In this document: piece after piece, positions 15,101 to 30,100 of the stretch
Layout: each line of letters starts with the position of its first letter
Numbering within the stretch: the stretch's first letter is position 1
From: Azolla caroliniana
Lineage: Eukaryota; Plantae; Polypodiophyta
Length of the DNA: 64,000 nt
Assembly: GCA_043228905.1 (NCBI GenBank)
Contig: JBHGNT010000020.1
Location: 10,602,001-10,666,000, forward strand
Direction of reading: 5' to 3'
Made by a program: the position numbers and the translations under genes
Notes under the pieces: generated by a model
Told to the model about the DNA's origin: nothing
Databases searched by the model: none
What the model saw: the letters and a program-made list of their open reading frames with translations, nothing else

Positions 15101-18100
15101 TGTGTTATAACAAAACAGTATGAACAAGAATTCTGGGAAATAACGTATTAATCATTATTCTTGAGTCATGATTCATGGCATATAATTCATGCATAGCTTG
15201 AAGATAAATGAACAGTTTGGTAAAAAAGTAGGTTAAAAGAAAAAGATGCTTCTGCAGAGCCAATTGAATGTGCTATATGATGCACGTTTTTTAATTGTGT
15301 GAAAGATTAACCTCTTCAGGGTACTAATGAGGAATGTGTACATTTTCATAAAATAAATGGAGTTACTTTATTTATTTAGTTCTGCATATGCTTAATAGTT
15401 TATGAAATCTCAAACTTGATTGTATGTTTGAAAGTTTATTACAAGGTTGATATCATTTTTCACACAGATATGCAAAATTGTCTGTGAAGATTGAGAGAGC
15501 TCTTCTTCCAAACAAAGTGGTAGCAAAACTCAAAAAGATGGTTGATGAATTTAAAAACACACTTCCTGTAATTCAAAATCTGCGAAATAAAGCCCTTAAA
15601 GAAAGGCACTGGAAGAAAATAGAAGTTGAGATGGGCCAAAAGGTCAGCTATAATAAGGGAATGTAGGATTCAATTTTATTTATTGATAGTATAATCCCCT
15701 CTGAACTTTTGGAAATTTCAAACTATAAAGTATTGGAGGACTTGCTGGGCCAATACTTTAATATGATGCACACAGCTTTATTCGATAAATTTCGTAAAAA
15801 AGAATCCCGAAGGTCAACTTTGGATGATTTCTTCTACTGGCACATGCAATCTTAGATTTGGACAATCAATGCCACTGGCCACAGCCCTGAGAAACCTAAT
15901 ACCTGCATAATACAGGTTTATGTCTAATGTCGAGGACAGGATCTGTGACCACACATTTATCAATGATAATGAAATAATATAGTTTTTTAGTGAAGTGATA
16001 ATAGTCACATATGGGACCATGGGTGATATGTTAACACAAGTACCAAAATTGAACGTCAGGATGTATAGTCTTCCATCAACATTAAGCATACCCAAGATAT
16101 TTTAATAGTTCTAATAAGATATTCTAGATCCTAATAGCATACCCAGGATACTTTTATTAGGAAATGCAGTTTTAGTTTTGTGTTTTCTGTGCTCTCTTTT
16201 GAAGCGATCACTTTATGAAACTCAGTTTTAGTTTTTGGGTTTTCTGTGCTTTCCAAGTGGTCACCTGATTATTTTTAAATGTATCAGCTGGAAAGGAATG
16301 CAACATTTACATTAGGGAAGCTTTTGGAGCTTAAAGTAATGGAACACAAAGCAGCAGTTAATGGCATATCAAATGAAGCAACCCAAGAAGCCTCCTTGGA
16401 ACAATTATTGCAAAACGTGCAAGAAAAGGTAAAGGGTGCGATTTGTTGATGTTGGTATTGAAATTTGAAAAAAGAGTTCCTGGAGAATTTAAATCTAACA
16501 TATTTTTTGATCAAGAACTGATAAGATAAGGGACCTTTGTGGCAGTGGGTGACCATTGAGTTTATTACAAAATCCTACAAGGATATTAAAGATATTTATG
16601 TTCTTGGAAGCGTTGATGATGTTGTGGCCGCATTAGAAGATTCAATGGTAACGATGAACACGGTGACATCTTCAAGGTACTTGTAATTTATTTTGCGGTA
16701 TTTATCCTACTCATTCATAAAATGCATGCAAATAGCCAATATAAAACTCTCTTTATCATATAGATTGTGGGGTATGTTTTCTCAATTCCTTATATTTTAT
16801 GGAGTGGTATTTCTTTGACTATCAATTGAATACTTAATCTATGTTGATATAAGACAAGCTATATAAAAAGCAGTTTAGGGTTCTCGTTTTCGGAAAAGCC
16901 TGCTGCAAACTATGGAAACAGATTAGGTCATGTATTTTTAGTGTTTAAGCTTTCAAATATTATATATATTGGCAGTGGGCTGGAACATTATAAATTTTCA
17001 TCTGATTTCCATGGAAATTCAAGCATTTTCTATGATCTCTCTAATTCCATTTAAACAAGATTTCTTGTCATTTCTTTTTAATTGTTTTCTATAGGATTTC
17101 ACCTTACATTGAGGTGTATCACTAGTAATACGAGTGTTATTTAAAGATATGTGATGAAATTAAAAAGAAAGGTGAGGTAGTGTTCGTAGGTCAAGTACTT
17201 GCCAGTGTGGTAGCATACTGGTAGCATTGTCAAAGCTTTAAAAATTATGATTCTCATTAAAATTTAAATTCCTGTTATAATCAAAGGTTTAGAGTTTATC
17301 ATTTGTGTGCCCCTTTGATTGTCTCTGGCAATTGACTGGTGTCTTATCATTCAGGTTTAATATTCACTGTGGATGCTATGAATTAGTCATGTCTACATTT
17401 TCCCCTTTTCACCATTAATGATAATTATCATGTTTTATCTAGACAATGCATTTTGGTAATGGGTTTGTTTGGGAAACAGTGCGCAGTTGACCCTTAGGAG
17501 ACAGAGGACTTCTGAATCTGTTTAAATATGGGAGGGTTGGCTACTGCGTTTTCAATTCAACTGGTATGAATGTGATTTTCATACAATTCTTACTTGATTG
17601 TTGATTGCTTATTTTTATTAGATATGTTACTGGAATAAGGACAGAAGTCGAAAAGCTAGAAAACCAATTGAAGCACTTTGGGAGTGTTCTTGATGAGTGG
17701 CTCGAGTGCCAAAAACAATGGATGTATCTTGAAAGTATATTTTGTGCTCCAGACATTCAAAGGCAACTCCCAAACGAAAGCAAGGCATTTAATGCAGTGG
17801 ACAAACAGTTCAAAGATATCATGAAGCGAGTACATGATAGGTATGCATAATTAACAAAAACTTTATTAGGTGACCCTTAACCTATTTAAGAAATCCTGCA
17901 AAGTCTTATGTGGATTGCCAATCTCACATATTTGGATTTTAGGCCCAATGCACTGCAAGCTGGATTGATGCATGGTTGGTTAGAAACTTTCCAGAAGAGC
18001 AATGAAACTTTAGAGATGATTCAAAAAAATTTGGAGGACTACTTAGAAACAAAGCGCATGGCTTTCCCAAGATTTTATTTCCTGTCAAATGATGAACTTT

Positions 18101-21100
18101 TGGAGATCCTGGCACAAACTAGAAACGTGCAAGCAGTCCAGCCACATATGTCAAAATGTTTTGGTAAATAATCATCGTTATAAATGTGCTTCAAAATGTC
18201 TATTTGATCTCTTAAGCTTATTACATATTTGTAACATTTATAACAATCAATAAATATGATCTTGTGCTAATTCATATTTGTAGATGGGATTCGTAGACTT
18301 GACTTTGGCGAGGATCCTAGAAGCATCGACATATTTGCCATGATTTCCAGTGAAGGTGAGAGAGTTTCTCTGGGGAAGAACCTGAAAGCTCGTGGCAATG
18401 TTGAGAATTGGCTAACATCAGTAGAGCAAAATATGATTAGTAGTCTTCGAAGGTTTGAATAAACCTTTCTTTTTTGAACATCAGTGCAAATAAAATTGTA
18501 TGACGTTTGTCAACAATATTAATAATATTCCACTCTGTACCATCTCTGAAGCTTTTTCTCTCCTCTTTTTAAACCACAACAGAATGTCAAAAGCTGCTTA
18601 TGTTGACTATGCAAAAAGACCGAGAAAAGACTGGGTGTTAAAGCATCCTGCCCAACTTGTATTAATGATTAGTCAAGTTTACTGGTGCCATGATGTGGAG
18701 AATGCTCTCAACAATGAGAATACCGAGAATATAGAGGCTATGCTTTCTAGTTATAAGGATCAATGCATAAAACAACTGGAAGATTTATCTGTACTTGTTA
18801 GAAGTGATGTACAGGCCCTGGAAAGGCGCATATTAACTGCGTTAATTACGATTGATGTCCATGCAAGAGATATTCTTGAAGATTTGATCAGGTACTTAAC
18901 GAACTTAATCACACAAGAATGTAAGGCAGAAAAGAAAGAAAGAAAGATATCAATGTCTTAAAATGGCATATGAGACTAAGAAAAATACATTTATCTAAAT
19001 TAGTAGAATTGCCTACCCCAGAGAATGGCATTACCTTAGCACTTAACATTCTGGACTAAGACTAAAACTTCTGCATTTGAATGATCTCCCATATGGGCCA
19101 ACCCAACATCGATAGAGGTCTTGATTGAGTCACGCTGCCCAATTTACCTTAGTGGAACACTAGTCTGGATTGAAAACATATGCTTGGTTGCTGGTGTGAA
19201 ATCTCAGTGTTCAGAAGACAAAGATGCTGATTTTTGGAAAAGCTTGAGGGATTACATCAGAGTAGTTATTGAAAAATACATCTTTTAATGATGTAGGCCT
19301 CTCTGACATAGGCCTTTCCAAAATAGAGAGTTTGGTGAAGTAAAACTACCTTCTTAGGTACCAATTATTCAGTTAGCTAGGTTTTCAACATTCTGAGCTT
19401 AGATGCACTGAAACGTTTGCTCTTGAAAGATCTTTAACTTGGCTGATCTAAGATAGAGAGGTCTATGAAGCGAGGAAAGCATCTTTGGTGCTGGATGATA
19501 ATGGCCTTGCCAATAGCAAGGTGACAAGGATTTGTTGTAGATGGACGTGGTCTATGTGCAGAGGAAATTTCTATTCCCTAGTTATAGTCAAGGCCCTTCT
19601 TGTGTAGCTCCCGATTGATTTGTAGCACAGGAAGGAGGGGTGGTGGTAATAAATCTAACTGCTGTGAAGAGGGTTTGAGATGCCCTATCACAGTATGGAT
19701 GATGTGACAACTGAAATCTTATATTTACGTTTTCAAAAGCCAAAGAGACCTATGAGAAATGAAATGAAATGAAATAATAGAGAGGTCTACGAAGAGAGGA
19801 AAGCATCTTTGGTGCTGGATGGTAAAAGAGGAAATGTCTATTGCCCTCCTTATAGTCAAGGCCTTTCTTGTGTAGTTCTCGATTGATTTGTAGCACAGGA
19901 AGGAGGGGTGATGGTGATAAATCTAAATGGTGTGAAAAGGTTTTGAGATGCCCTATCACAGTATGGATGATGTGACAACTGAAATCTTATATTTACTTTT
20001 TCAAAAGCCAAAGAGACCTATGAGAAATGAAATGATATAAAATGTCATAATGACATCCACATGATTCTTATTGAAGTCTAGTAAAAGAAAGAAAATATTG
20101 GATTTACTTAAACGCTGTAGCTTTTCATGTAATTAAGCTATGACAGTTCCATAAAAGAAAGGTTTATCTGTATAAGAGGCCATCTTTTAGAAGATACAAA
20201 TCTCAGGCAATATTGATAATGTTTGCAAATTTTAGAGAGCGGGTTCAGAAAACAACTGAATTTGGATGGCAAATGCAACTCCGTTATTATTGGGATGATG
20301 ATGCTGAAGATTCCATTGTTAGGCAAACTAATGCTAGGTTTGTCTACGGTTATGAGTATTTAGGGGCACAGACGAGGCTCGTCATAACTCCCTTAACAGA
20401 TCGATGCTATATGACTCTAACGGGGGCCTTACACTTGAAGCTTGGTGGAGCCCCAGCTGGTCCTGCAGGAACTGGCAAAACTGAGACAACAAAGGACCTT
20501 GCGAAGTCACTTGGTGTACAATGCGTTGTTTTCAATTGTGGTGAAAACTTGGATTACAAGGTGATTGTTTATTTCATAGAACTTGCATTATTATGATTTG
20601 TTCACAGATCCTTATATTTTCTATCTTTTGCAGTTTATGGGGAAGTTCTTTGCAGGTCTAGCTCAGTGTGGTGCATGGGCTTGCTTTGATGAGTTTAATC
20701 GTATAGACATTGAGGTGCTTTCTGTGGTTGCTCAGCAGCTTCTGACAATTCAAAATGCATTGAAGTTTGGGATGACACGTTTCAACTTTGAAGGTAGAGA
20801 AATCAAGCTATTGCCAACCTGTGGTGTTTTCATTACAATGAACCCAGGGTATGCTGGTCGTACAGAATTACCTGATAACCTGAAGGTTCTCTTTAGACCT
20901 GTTTCCATGATGATTCCTGATTATGCACTTGTAGCTGAGGTGATGCTTTTTTCGGAGGGTTTTGCCAATGCAAAGATTTTATCACGCAAAATGGTTAAAC
21001 TTTATAAACTTTCCAGTGAGCAGCTCAGCCAGCAAGATCATTATGATTTTGGAATGCGAGCAGTTAAGTCTGTGCTTGTTATGGCTGGTTCACTAAAACG

Positions 21101-24100
21101 ATCCAATCCTGGGCTGAATGAAGACATTGTTTTAATAAGGGCATTCAAGGACAGCAACCTTCCCAAGTTTCTATCCCAAGATGTTAGTTTGTTTCTTGCT
21201 ATTATTGCAGATCTTTTCCCTGGTGCTAGTATTCCAGCACAAGATTTTGGGTTACTCCGTGCTGCTGTGGAGGAGTGCCTGGTTGAAGCCGGTTTGCAAC
21301 CTGTTCCAGATTTTGTCATAAAGATCATTCAACTTTATGAAACTATGAATGTACGATTTGGAGTCATGGAAGTTGGACCAACTGGTGGGGGAAAGACGAC
21401 ATGTTATCAAATGCTGCAAGAAGCTATGAAAAAACTGTGTAAGTCTGGCAGTAAGAATCCTGCATTTCAGAATACTCACACATATGTACTGAATCCAAAG
21501 TGCATAAAAATGGGCGAGCTTTATGGAGAGTATAATCTTTTGACAAATGAATGGACTGATGGGCTTGCAAGCACTATTATTCGACAATGTGTTGCAGACA
21601 CCACACCAGACAGGAAATGGGTTGTTTTTGATGGTCCAGTAGATGCAGTATGGATTGAAAACATGAATACAGTGTTAGATGATAATTGTGTACTTTGTCT
21701 TCCAAATGGTGAACGTATAAAGCTAAATCCAGTGACAATGAGGATGCTTTTTGAAGTGCAGGATCTTGCTGTTGCCTCACCAGCAACAGTTAGCCGTTGT
21801 GGTATGGTGTATGTGCCTCCAGAAGACCTTGGATGGCGCCCATATGTTCGAACCTGGCTGAAGATGAAATTGACAGGCTTGATTTCTACCGTTTCTACAT
21901 CACAAACCAACATGACAGCTGTCATTGATTACATCTGGGGCCTTTTTGATACATATATTGATTCTGGTCTGAAGTTTCTTCGTCAAGAATGTAAAGAAAA
22001 TATACCCTCTGTGAACATTAATATTGTTTCGAGTTTATGCTTTTATTTTCAAGCTTTATGTCAACCGTCCAGGGAGGTTGTCTTCCAGCAAGAACTCGAA
22101 ATATTGACGCCGATAATAAACAAAATTTTCATATTCTCTTTTGTATGGTCAGTAGGAGGAAATATTAATCATCATAGCAAAGAAAAGTTTGATACTTATG
22201 TTCGTAAAGAATTAGAACTCATAGCCAGTTTTCCTGCCAGTGACACTGTCCATGAGTACTATTTCAATCCAAAAGATCAGACTTTTACATCATGGGAAGA
22301 GTTGGTGCCCAATTTTACATACACTCCTGGTGCACCGTTTTTTACTTTGATGGTTCCTACTCAGGATAGTACCAAGATGAGTTTTCTGATGGAGATATGT
22401 TTAGAAGTCCGCCGCTCAATTCTATTTCAAGGAGTCTCAGGTGTTGGAAAGAGTGCCATTATTCTTGACCTATTGAAGAGATTGCAAGTCACCAAAAATA
22501 TTGTGCCTATCATTCTCAATTTCAGTGCACAGACCACGAGCATTGCTACACAGGTGAATTTCTTCTCGGATTAAGGAAAAATTGTTTATCAAGGAAGATT
22601 TCCTAATTTATGTTTTTTGTTCTCATGAATAGGAGGCATTAGAAGGTAAACTTGAGAAGAAAAGAAAGACTAAGCTAGGTGCTCCGTTTGGTAAGAGCAT
22701 TGCATGCTTTGTCGATGATGTAAATATGCCAGCAAAAGAGAAGTATGGTGCACAGCCACCTATTGAACTCCTAAGACAGTTCCAAGATTTCAAAGGGTTC
22801 TATGATCGTAGACTTCTTTTCTGGAAAGATATAGAGGACATGACATTATTAGCTGCATGCGCACCACCGGGGGGTGGAAGAAATGAAGTTAGTTTGTGAA
22901 TTACTTCCAAAATAAAATATGATAACTTGTTAACTCTTAACCAATTTACCAAAGAAAATAATTAGCATATGAAAACTCTTTATTAATAAGTAAACCAATT
23001 GTCTCATGGGCCAATTTTGGTCTTAGACGATGTTAATATATTTTTCTTTCTTACAGGTGACTCCCAGATTTTTTAGGCATTTTAGTATGGTCTGCGTCCA
23101 ACCTCCCTCTGATCAATGTTTGCGGACAATTTTTGGAGGAATTTTGGGAGGTTTTCTTCAATTATTTCCAACTGAATGTAAGGCATTTTTAAAGCCTGTG
23201 GTTGACAGCACAATTGAGGTGTATATGCGCATCAGTCAAGAGCTGCTTCCAACTCCTGCAAAGTCTCACTATACATTCAATCTTCGGGATGTATCAAAAG
23301 TTTTCCAGGTGAGCAGTATAAATATTACTTTAAGTAAACTTATAGTGCTAAGAAGGTTCCTAACCAGTAGAGTTGCAGGGAATTCTAATGGTGAAACCAG
23401 CGGATTGTGCCACAAAGAAGTCCCTCCGTAACTTATGGATTCACGAGAGTATGCGCGTCTTTCATGACCGTTTAATTAACTTTGAAGATAAAACTTATTT
23501 TAAGACTATGCTGTATGAACTTCTGAAAAGAGGCTTTGAGGAGACATCAACATTTGAAGAAGTATTCACAAGACCTATAATATATGGTGACTATCTTAGG
23601 CCAGGTTTTTCAGTAGAAGATCGCCGCTATGAGCAGGTGGTTTTAGTGTATAACATTAATATATGTTTTAAAAGTGTATTTAAGCTTTCCTAGTTGCTCT
23701 CATAAATGTGTATGCATTGTGAAAACTTCATGGCCTTGGTTTTTAGACATATCCCTCTTCTGTGATTTATTGATACTATTCGCATCTCTTCATTGAAGGT
23801 GGTTGATGAAACACGGATTCCACGGCTTTTCAATGATTATCTTGAGGATTACAACATGAATACTACTAGCATAATGCGGCTTGTTTTTTTCAAGGATGCA
23901 ATTGAACACGTCTCCCGTATATCACGAATACTACGGCAACCAAGAGGCAATGCAATGCTTGTAGGTGTTGGTGGATCTGGGAAACAAAGTCTAACTCGTT
24001 TTGCTTGTTTTATTGGAGAACTTAAATGTTTTCAGATTGAATTGAAGAAAGGTTATGGTATGAATGATTTTAGAGAGGATCTTAAGAAGTTGTATAAAAT

Positions 24101-27100
24101 TTCAGGTGAGAATGATGCTTGTAGAGATTTGTCTCTAACATATTAGCATGTCTAGTTGTGAGTCGTGTGCACTTGAAAAAGAATCTTTTTTGCTTATCAA
24201 TTGATCTGAAGAAACTTTGTATTCTTGTTTCTTTTCTATAAAAACATAAAAGTGTCCTCTATTAGCTCATAAACAAAAACCTTCATTCCATCATCTGTAA
24301 ATTGTTATTAAGACATTGGTTTCTCACAAAAAGAATGGTTTCATTTGTTTTCGTTTTGTGATTAAATTATTAGTTTCCAGATGATCTTTGCTCATTGAAG
24401 TTGGCTTTCAGGATGAATGTCTTCTTTCTTAGGGGGCAATTAATTTCATTGCGAATTCATGTTTACAGGTGTTGAAGGGATACCTGTTACATTTCTACTT
24501 ACTGATACGCAGATCATAAATGAAGGATTTGTTGAGGATATAAATAATCTGCTCAACTCAGGTGAAGTCCCAGGACTCTTCACATTAGATGAGAAAGACC
24601 GAATTGGAGGACTGATGCGTGAATATGTGAATAAACTTGGCCTCCCTGAAACAAAAGATATCCTGTACAACGCTTTTATTAGTAGAGCGAGAGACAATCT
24701 ACATGTTGTGCTGTGTATGAGTCCAATCGGTGACTCACTAAGAGCAAGATGCCGGCAATTTCCATCATTGATTAATTGTTGTACAATTGATTGGTTCAAC
24801 GAATGGCCCGAAGAAGCGCTGCTCTCTGTAAGCAATTATTTCCTGGCCAATGTGGAACTGCCAACAAAAGAGGTTTGTAGTTATATAATAATAAGAGGTT
24901 CTGCTTTTGTATGCCAGAATGAATTTGACATATAAGACCATTATGAAGCTGGAAGATCCCAAAGAGTGTGTAACTGACTTTCTAATTTGTGATATGTCTG
25001 TATGGTGCAGATACAAGAAAAACTAGCTAAAATGTGTGTTTACATTCACATGTCAGTCTCAGAAATGGCTGATAAGTTTTGTCAAGAGCTGCGAAGGAAG
25101 TATTATATAACCCCAAAATCATATCTTGATTGTGTGAACCTCTATATTCAATTGCTTGCTGAAAAACGCCGAGAACTGTACACTGCCCAAGATAGATTTT
25201 TAAATGGCCTGAATAAATTGAAAGAGACAAATGTGCTGATTGAATCAATGAAGGTAATATCAAATTGGAAAGCATATTGTTTAGCGAATTGGATTTGTGT
25301 AAATATCTCCTTATTTCAAAGAGGGTATTGCTCTAACTTTGTTTGCTGTACAGATAGAGCTAGGGAAGCTACAGCCTATACTTGCTGAGAAAACAGAAGA
25401 AACAGAGAAACTAGTGAAACAAGTTGCAAATGATCAAGAGGCGGCTGAGAAGGTTAGAAACTGTAAAGTCCTTTCTAATATAATCTGTTTTTTCATCGTT
25501 TCCAAATTACAGGATGAAAGCAATATGTGAAACCATGAATTGGATGAAAATCTTGATGAAATACAGCACAAGGTTAACTTGAACCACAATTGCAATTCCA
25601 GTTATCATTAAATGGATGTAAATGAATATCTCAATTTTTTCTGTCTTTCTTTCTATCTGACTTGAGAGTCTTACATGTATCAATAAGGGATTCTTTAGTC
25701 ACTTTCATTCTTATTTACGTTTTTACTTAGTGAAAGCTCTTTTGGTTTTTTATCAAAGATGAGACAACATTTTATGATGTAATCTCATAGGCCAGTTTGG
25801 CTTCTTAAAAGACGTTGAGACATCCTTCTTTCTTTCTTCTTTCTTTTTTGGTCTTATAGGCCATTTTGGCCTCTTAAAAGACATTATATATGCTCTGTCT
25901 TTCTTGGAATAAGTGATTTTTTGTCAATTAGGTTTGCACTACTCTAAGGTGCATATTTATTACGTATGTGCTTTTGGATCTGTTGGGATTTCTGGAAACA
26001 ACTGTAATGTCGGACCTCAGAAGATTATAGACGAGTGAAAATCAACAGTGTGGAAATTCCTTGCACACAACAACGTGGATTATAGCATTTGCCACATTTT
26101 CTGTAGCAGTAGTCTACTATTGAGGTGTCAAATTTAAGTTGAGGTATTTACAATGATGTGTGATACAGGTTAAGGCTGTGGTGGAAAAGGAAGAAGCTGA
26201 GGTTAAAAAACAAGCAGCAGAAACACAATCAATAAAGGATGATGCCCAAAAAGATCTTGATGCTGCAATGCCAGCCCTAAATGCAGCTATAGAAGCCCTT
26301 AATTCTCTTAATAAGAGTGACATCACTGAAATAAAATCCTTTGCAAAGCCACCTCCACTCGTGCAGATGGTGATGGAAGCGGTTTGTGTTCTCCTTGGTG
26401 AAAAGTCAGATTGGGACACGAGCAAAAAGGCATGTTCTCAGATTTCTGTTGATATTTAATTGTGTGCCATCAATAATTCTTTCTATATATGAAAGGAGAT
26501 TTCAATAATTATGTATACTTACAGATCATGGGAGATGTTTCATTCATAAAGAGACTTCTGGAGTTCAATAAAGATGGTATCAACCAAGCTATTCAAAAAA
26601 AGCTAATCAAATACATAGAAGATCCATTATTTACACCTGAACAGGTACAGAAGCAGAGTAATGCCGCGACAAGCTTGTGCATGTGGGTAAGGGCTATGGA
26701 TGTCTATGCAAAGATTGCAAAGGTGGTTGGACCCAAGAAAGAGGTATATATGTTCAACCAGTACTCTGCTGCTGAAATTATTATCTGGAAGATAAGATAA
26801 ACAAGAAACTCTATTGTTTGTTTCATCTTGGAGAACCATAAATCAAAACAAATTTAATGTTGTACTGGATATTACTGTTGGCTGAGCACTTAACTTCTGC
26901 CCGCTAATGAACTCCAACATGGCCTGATCCAACAAAGAAAGCACTTTCAGTGTCGGGTGATAATCGTCTCTTGGCCATAAGAAGAGAGACATGGTCATGG
27001 TCCAGGTAGATGTCGCCTATATGCACAGAAGATTATTATTTCCCAATCCGTTGTAAACCCTATTTATGTTGCCCTCGGTTGATTTGTAGCATGGAGTGAT

Positions 27101-30100
27101 ATTGGTAAAGAAGGTTGTGATGGTTCTTGCTTCTTGGTGGTTGAGGTTTGGGGTTGTATTGCTTTCCTTCAAGCATTGCCCTCTGTCTCTTAATTTCTAT
27201 CAATAACAGTCCCAAGCATTGTTGATCGTTGTATTTCATTACCTCGCTAGAGAACCAAAGCTTTGTTCGGAGAGGCAGTAGTACCTGCCCCTTATTGCTA
27301 GATGTGGTTCCTTTGATACCACATCCCAATGGCACAATTGACAGATTTAGCGAATTGTGCATGAATAATAACATAGGATATCTTGCTCAATCTTGGGTAA
27401 TGATGTTATTTATTGTCCTATGCAGGCGTCATTTCTATGTGATAATCTGTGTATCATCAGTGTCTGGAGTGTGCTGAATGGATTTCTCCCTCAAGTAACA
27501 TTCTTTTATCAGGTTCTGGTTGTGTTAGCTCTGAGGTCTCATGGCATGATCTTCTGAAGAAGCCTGACATCTGTCTTTGTAATAGAGCCTGCATGCATTA
27601 TAATCCTTAGGAAAGATTCTCTAAATTTCAAAGGATCCCTAGTAAAAACAGCATATCGTATAAGTTCATGACCAGGAGAATGGTACAACCCCCCCCTCAA
27701 AGAGGTAGTGGAATCACACCCACATCTGACAGTAAACTACGTAACATCTTATATAGTGCTCTTCAGACTGTCTTTGTATGACATAATTGACATGATTCTA
27801 AACATTTTTCTTGGGAGACATGATCCTAAACATTTCTATGTCTATCTCAATTTAATGTAATGAAGTGAGGATCTGTCCAGTGGTGCATCTCAATCCATGA
27901 GACAGATGAATATCCATATAGCCAGGAAATTGTATAAATTCATCCTTGGTAAGACAAGGAATCAGAGAAAATAACCAGAAATAATAAAATACACAGTAGG
28001 GGGATGACAGTTTATGCACTGAAACGAAAAAATACATTAATCAACTAAAGATCATCAACAGAACACAATGGGCTCAGGGGTTTTATATACAAGTCCTTGA
28101 ACTGCCACATCAAATGTGGTTGATGGATTCTACTCATAGATATCCACTCGAGTACGATTCTGTCATAAGAATATCTAATATTCTTTGACCATATTTACGC
28201 TTGACAACAAACTAGATATTGTAATCTAGTTAATCATGTAACTAGATAGTTCACACGGATAGAATAAAGTGTGCTCACACACTTTTTCACACATTGTGCT
28301 TTTCTTCATAAGTGCATGTTTACGTGAGTTGAGCTAGATTCTCAACACTTAGTGCGAGAGATTATGCATGCAAGGATTGGAAGGGAGGTAGCCTTTACTA
28401 CCTGCTATATAAGTTCAATCTATGTGCTCCTAATCTCTAGTTGAGCAAGTTCTTGTCTGATTACTTCTGATAATTTCTGAGTGAGTGAAGCTGCATCCAA
28501 GGACTGCAAGGGAGGTAGCATTAACTAATTGCTACATGTTTTATTCACTTAGTCCAAATCTCGTGTTGAATGAGATCTTGTTTGATTAGTTTCCTAATAT
28601 CTGAGTGAGTTAGTGTGAGAGATGCTGCATCCAAGGACTGGTACGGACATAGCCTTGACGAATTGCTATATTGGTTCAATTCATGTGCTCCTAGTGTCTA
28701 GGTGAATGACGTCTTTCCTGATTACTTTGCTAATCTCTGAGTTAGTTTGAGAGATGCTGCCACCAAAAACTGGAATGGAGCTAGTCTTAGATGTTATATA
28801 GATTTAATCCATCCACCATCATTTAAGTTTCATCGAGGTTTCCCAAAAAACTCGTATCTATTGGGTTCTTCAAGTAAACGAATATTCTTTATATTGTCTT
28901 AAATTGAGTTTTCAAGTAAATATTCAAAGTGGGAGCCTTTTCTTGGGATTGAATACTTTGGTCTTGTTCAACATTTATTGTATACTATATTAAGTCCGTC
29001 TGATGCAGAGCTGTAGTTCATTAGTTTGTTGTCATCATTGCTGTAAACTTTATTATCATACAAAAATTTCAGGCGCTGAAACAAGCGGAAGAAAATCTTA
29101 AACAAGCTGCTGAGAAGCTTGCTGCGAAGCAAGAACAGCTTTCTGAAGTGGAAGCTCAGGTTGAGCGCCTAAAGAAAAACCTCGAAGACAGAGAAGCAGA
29201 GCAATTATGCCTTCTTGAGCAAGCCAATGTCACTGAAAATCGCCTCATTAGAGCAGAAAAATTAACAGCCGCCTTGGGTGATGAAGCTGTAAGTTTTTAA
29301 GTATCATGATCATTATCTTCATATTCCTTTATGAACTGTGTTTTTGTAAAATAAGATTTCTGTAAATATCTAAGACCTTCTATAAACAAATAAATCTTAG
29401 TTGATAAAGTTTTGACATAGTCATGGTGGGGTATTATGATATTAAAACTTTATGAACATGTTTTTTCGAGGTTTGTACATGCTATGGCTAAATACAAGTT
29501 AAGCAATAGTTCCTTTAGTCATGTATATTTAGTTGAAATTGTAGTCCATGTCTAAGTAGGGTTTCCATGTTTGTCCTGTTAAAAATATTGAGAATCGATT
29601 AGATAGGCATATAGAATTACAATCACAGAGATGTATATATGAAAACAAACTTTCTATTACATATGGAAGTAGCTCACAATGGTAGTCCACCCATGCGCTC
29701 ACACCTTAGAGCTTACATGGGATCTGGACCAGCCAACTACAAAATTAGGTGGGACAGATAATAGTCACAGCCACTGTGTATGAGTTAGAGAGAGTGGATT
29801 ATATTCTCTGTTTGGTCTCAGTGTCAGATTAAGTGTGCAAGTCAGTTGATAATAGTGGAGATATTTCTTTTCTGTCAATTGAGTTATCATTCAATATGAT
29901 CCAACTACCTAGATACAAGCTAGTGCAAGATAGTACTTATCTTAAAATCAATGGCACATACTTCAAGACTACGAACATCGTAACTTGCCTACGAAATAAT
30001 CTTCTAGTCAACTTGACTAGACAATCCTATTATCCAACTTCCCTCTTTCCTAAATACATTCTATCCTAATCATCTATAGTTTCCTACATTGACACCTTAT

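Noticed and set aside
21041-21925. Antisense ORFs over dynein exons (and likewise over the copia polyprotein)
   Set aside because: They are shadow frames of long coding sequence with no recognisable motifs.
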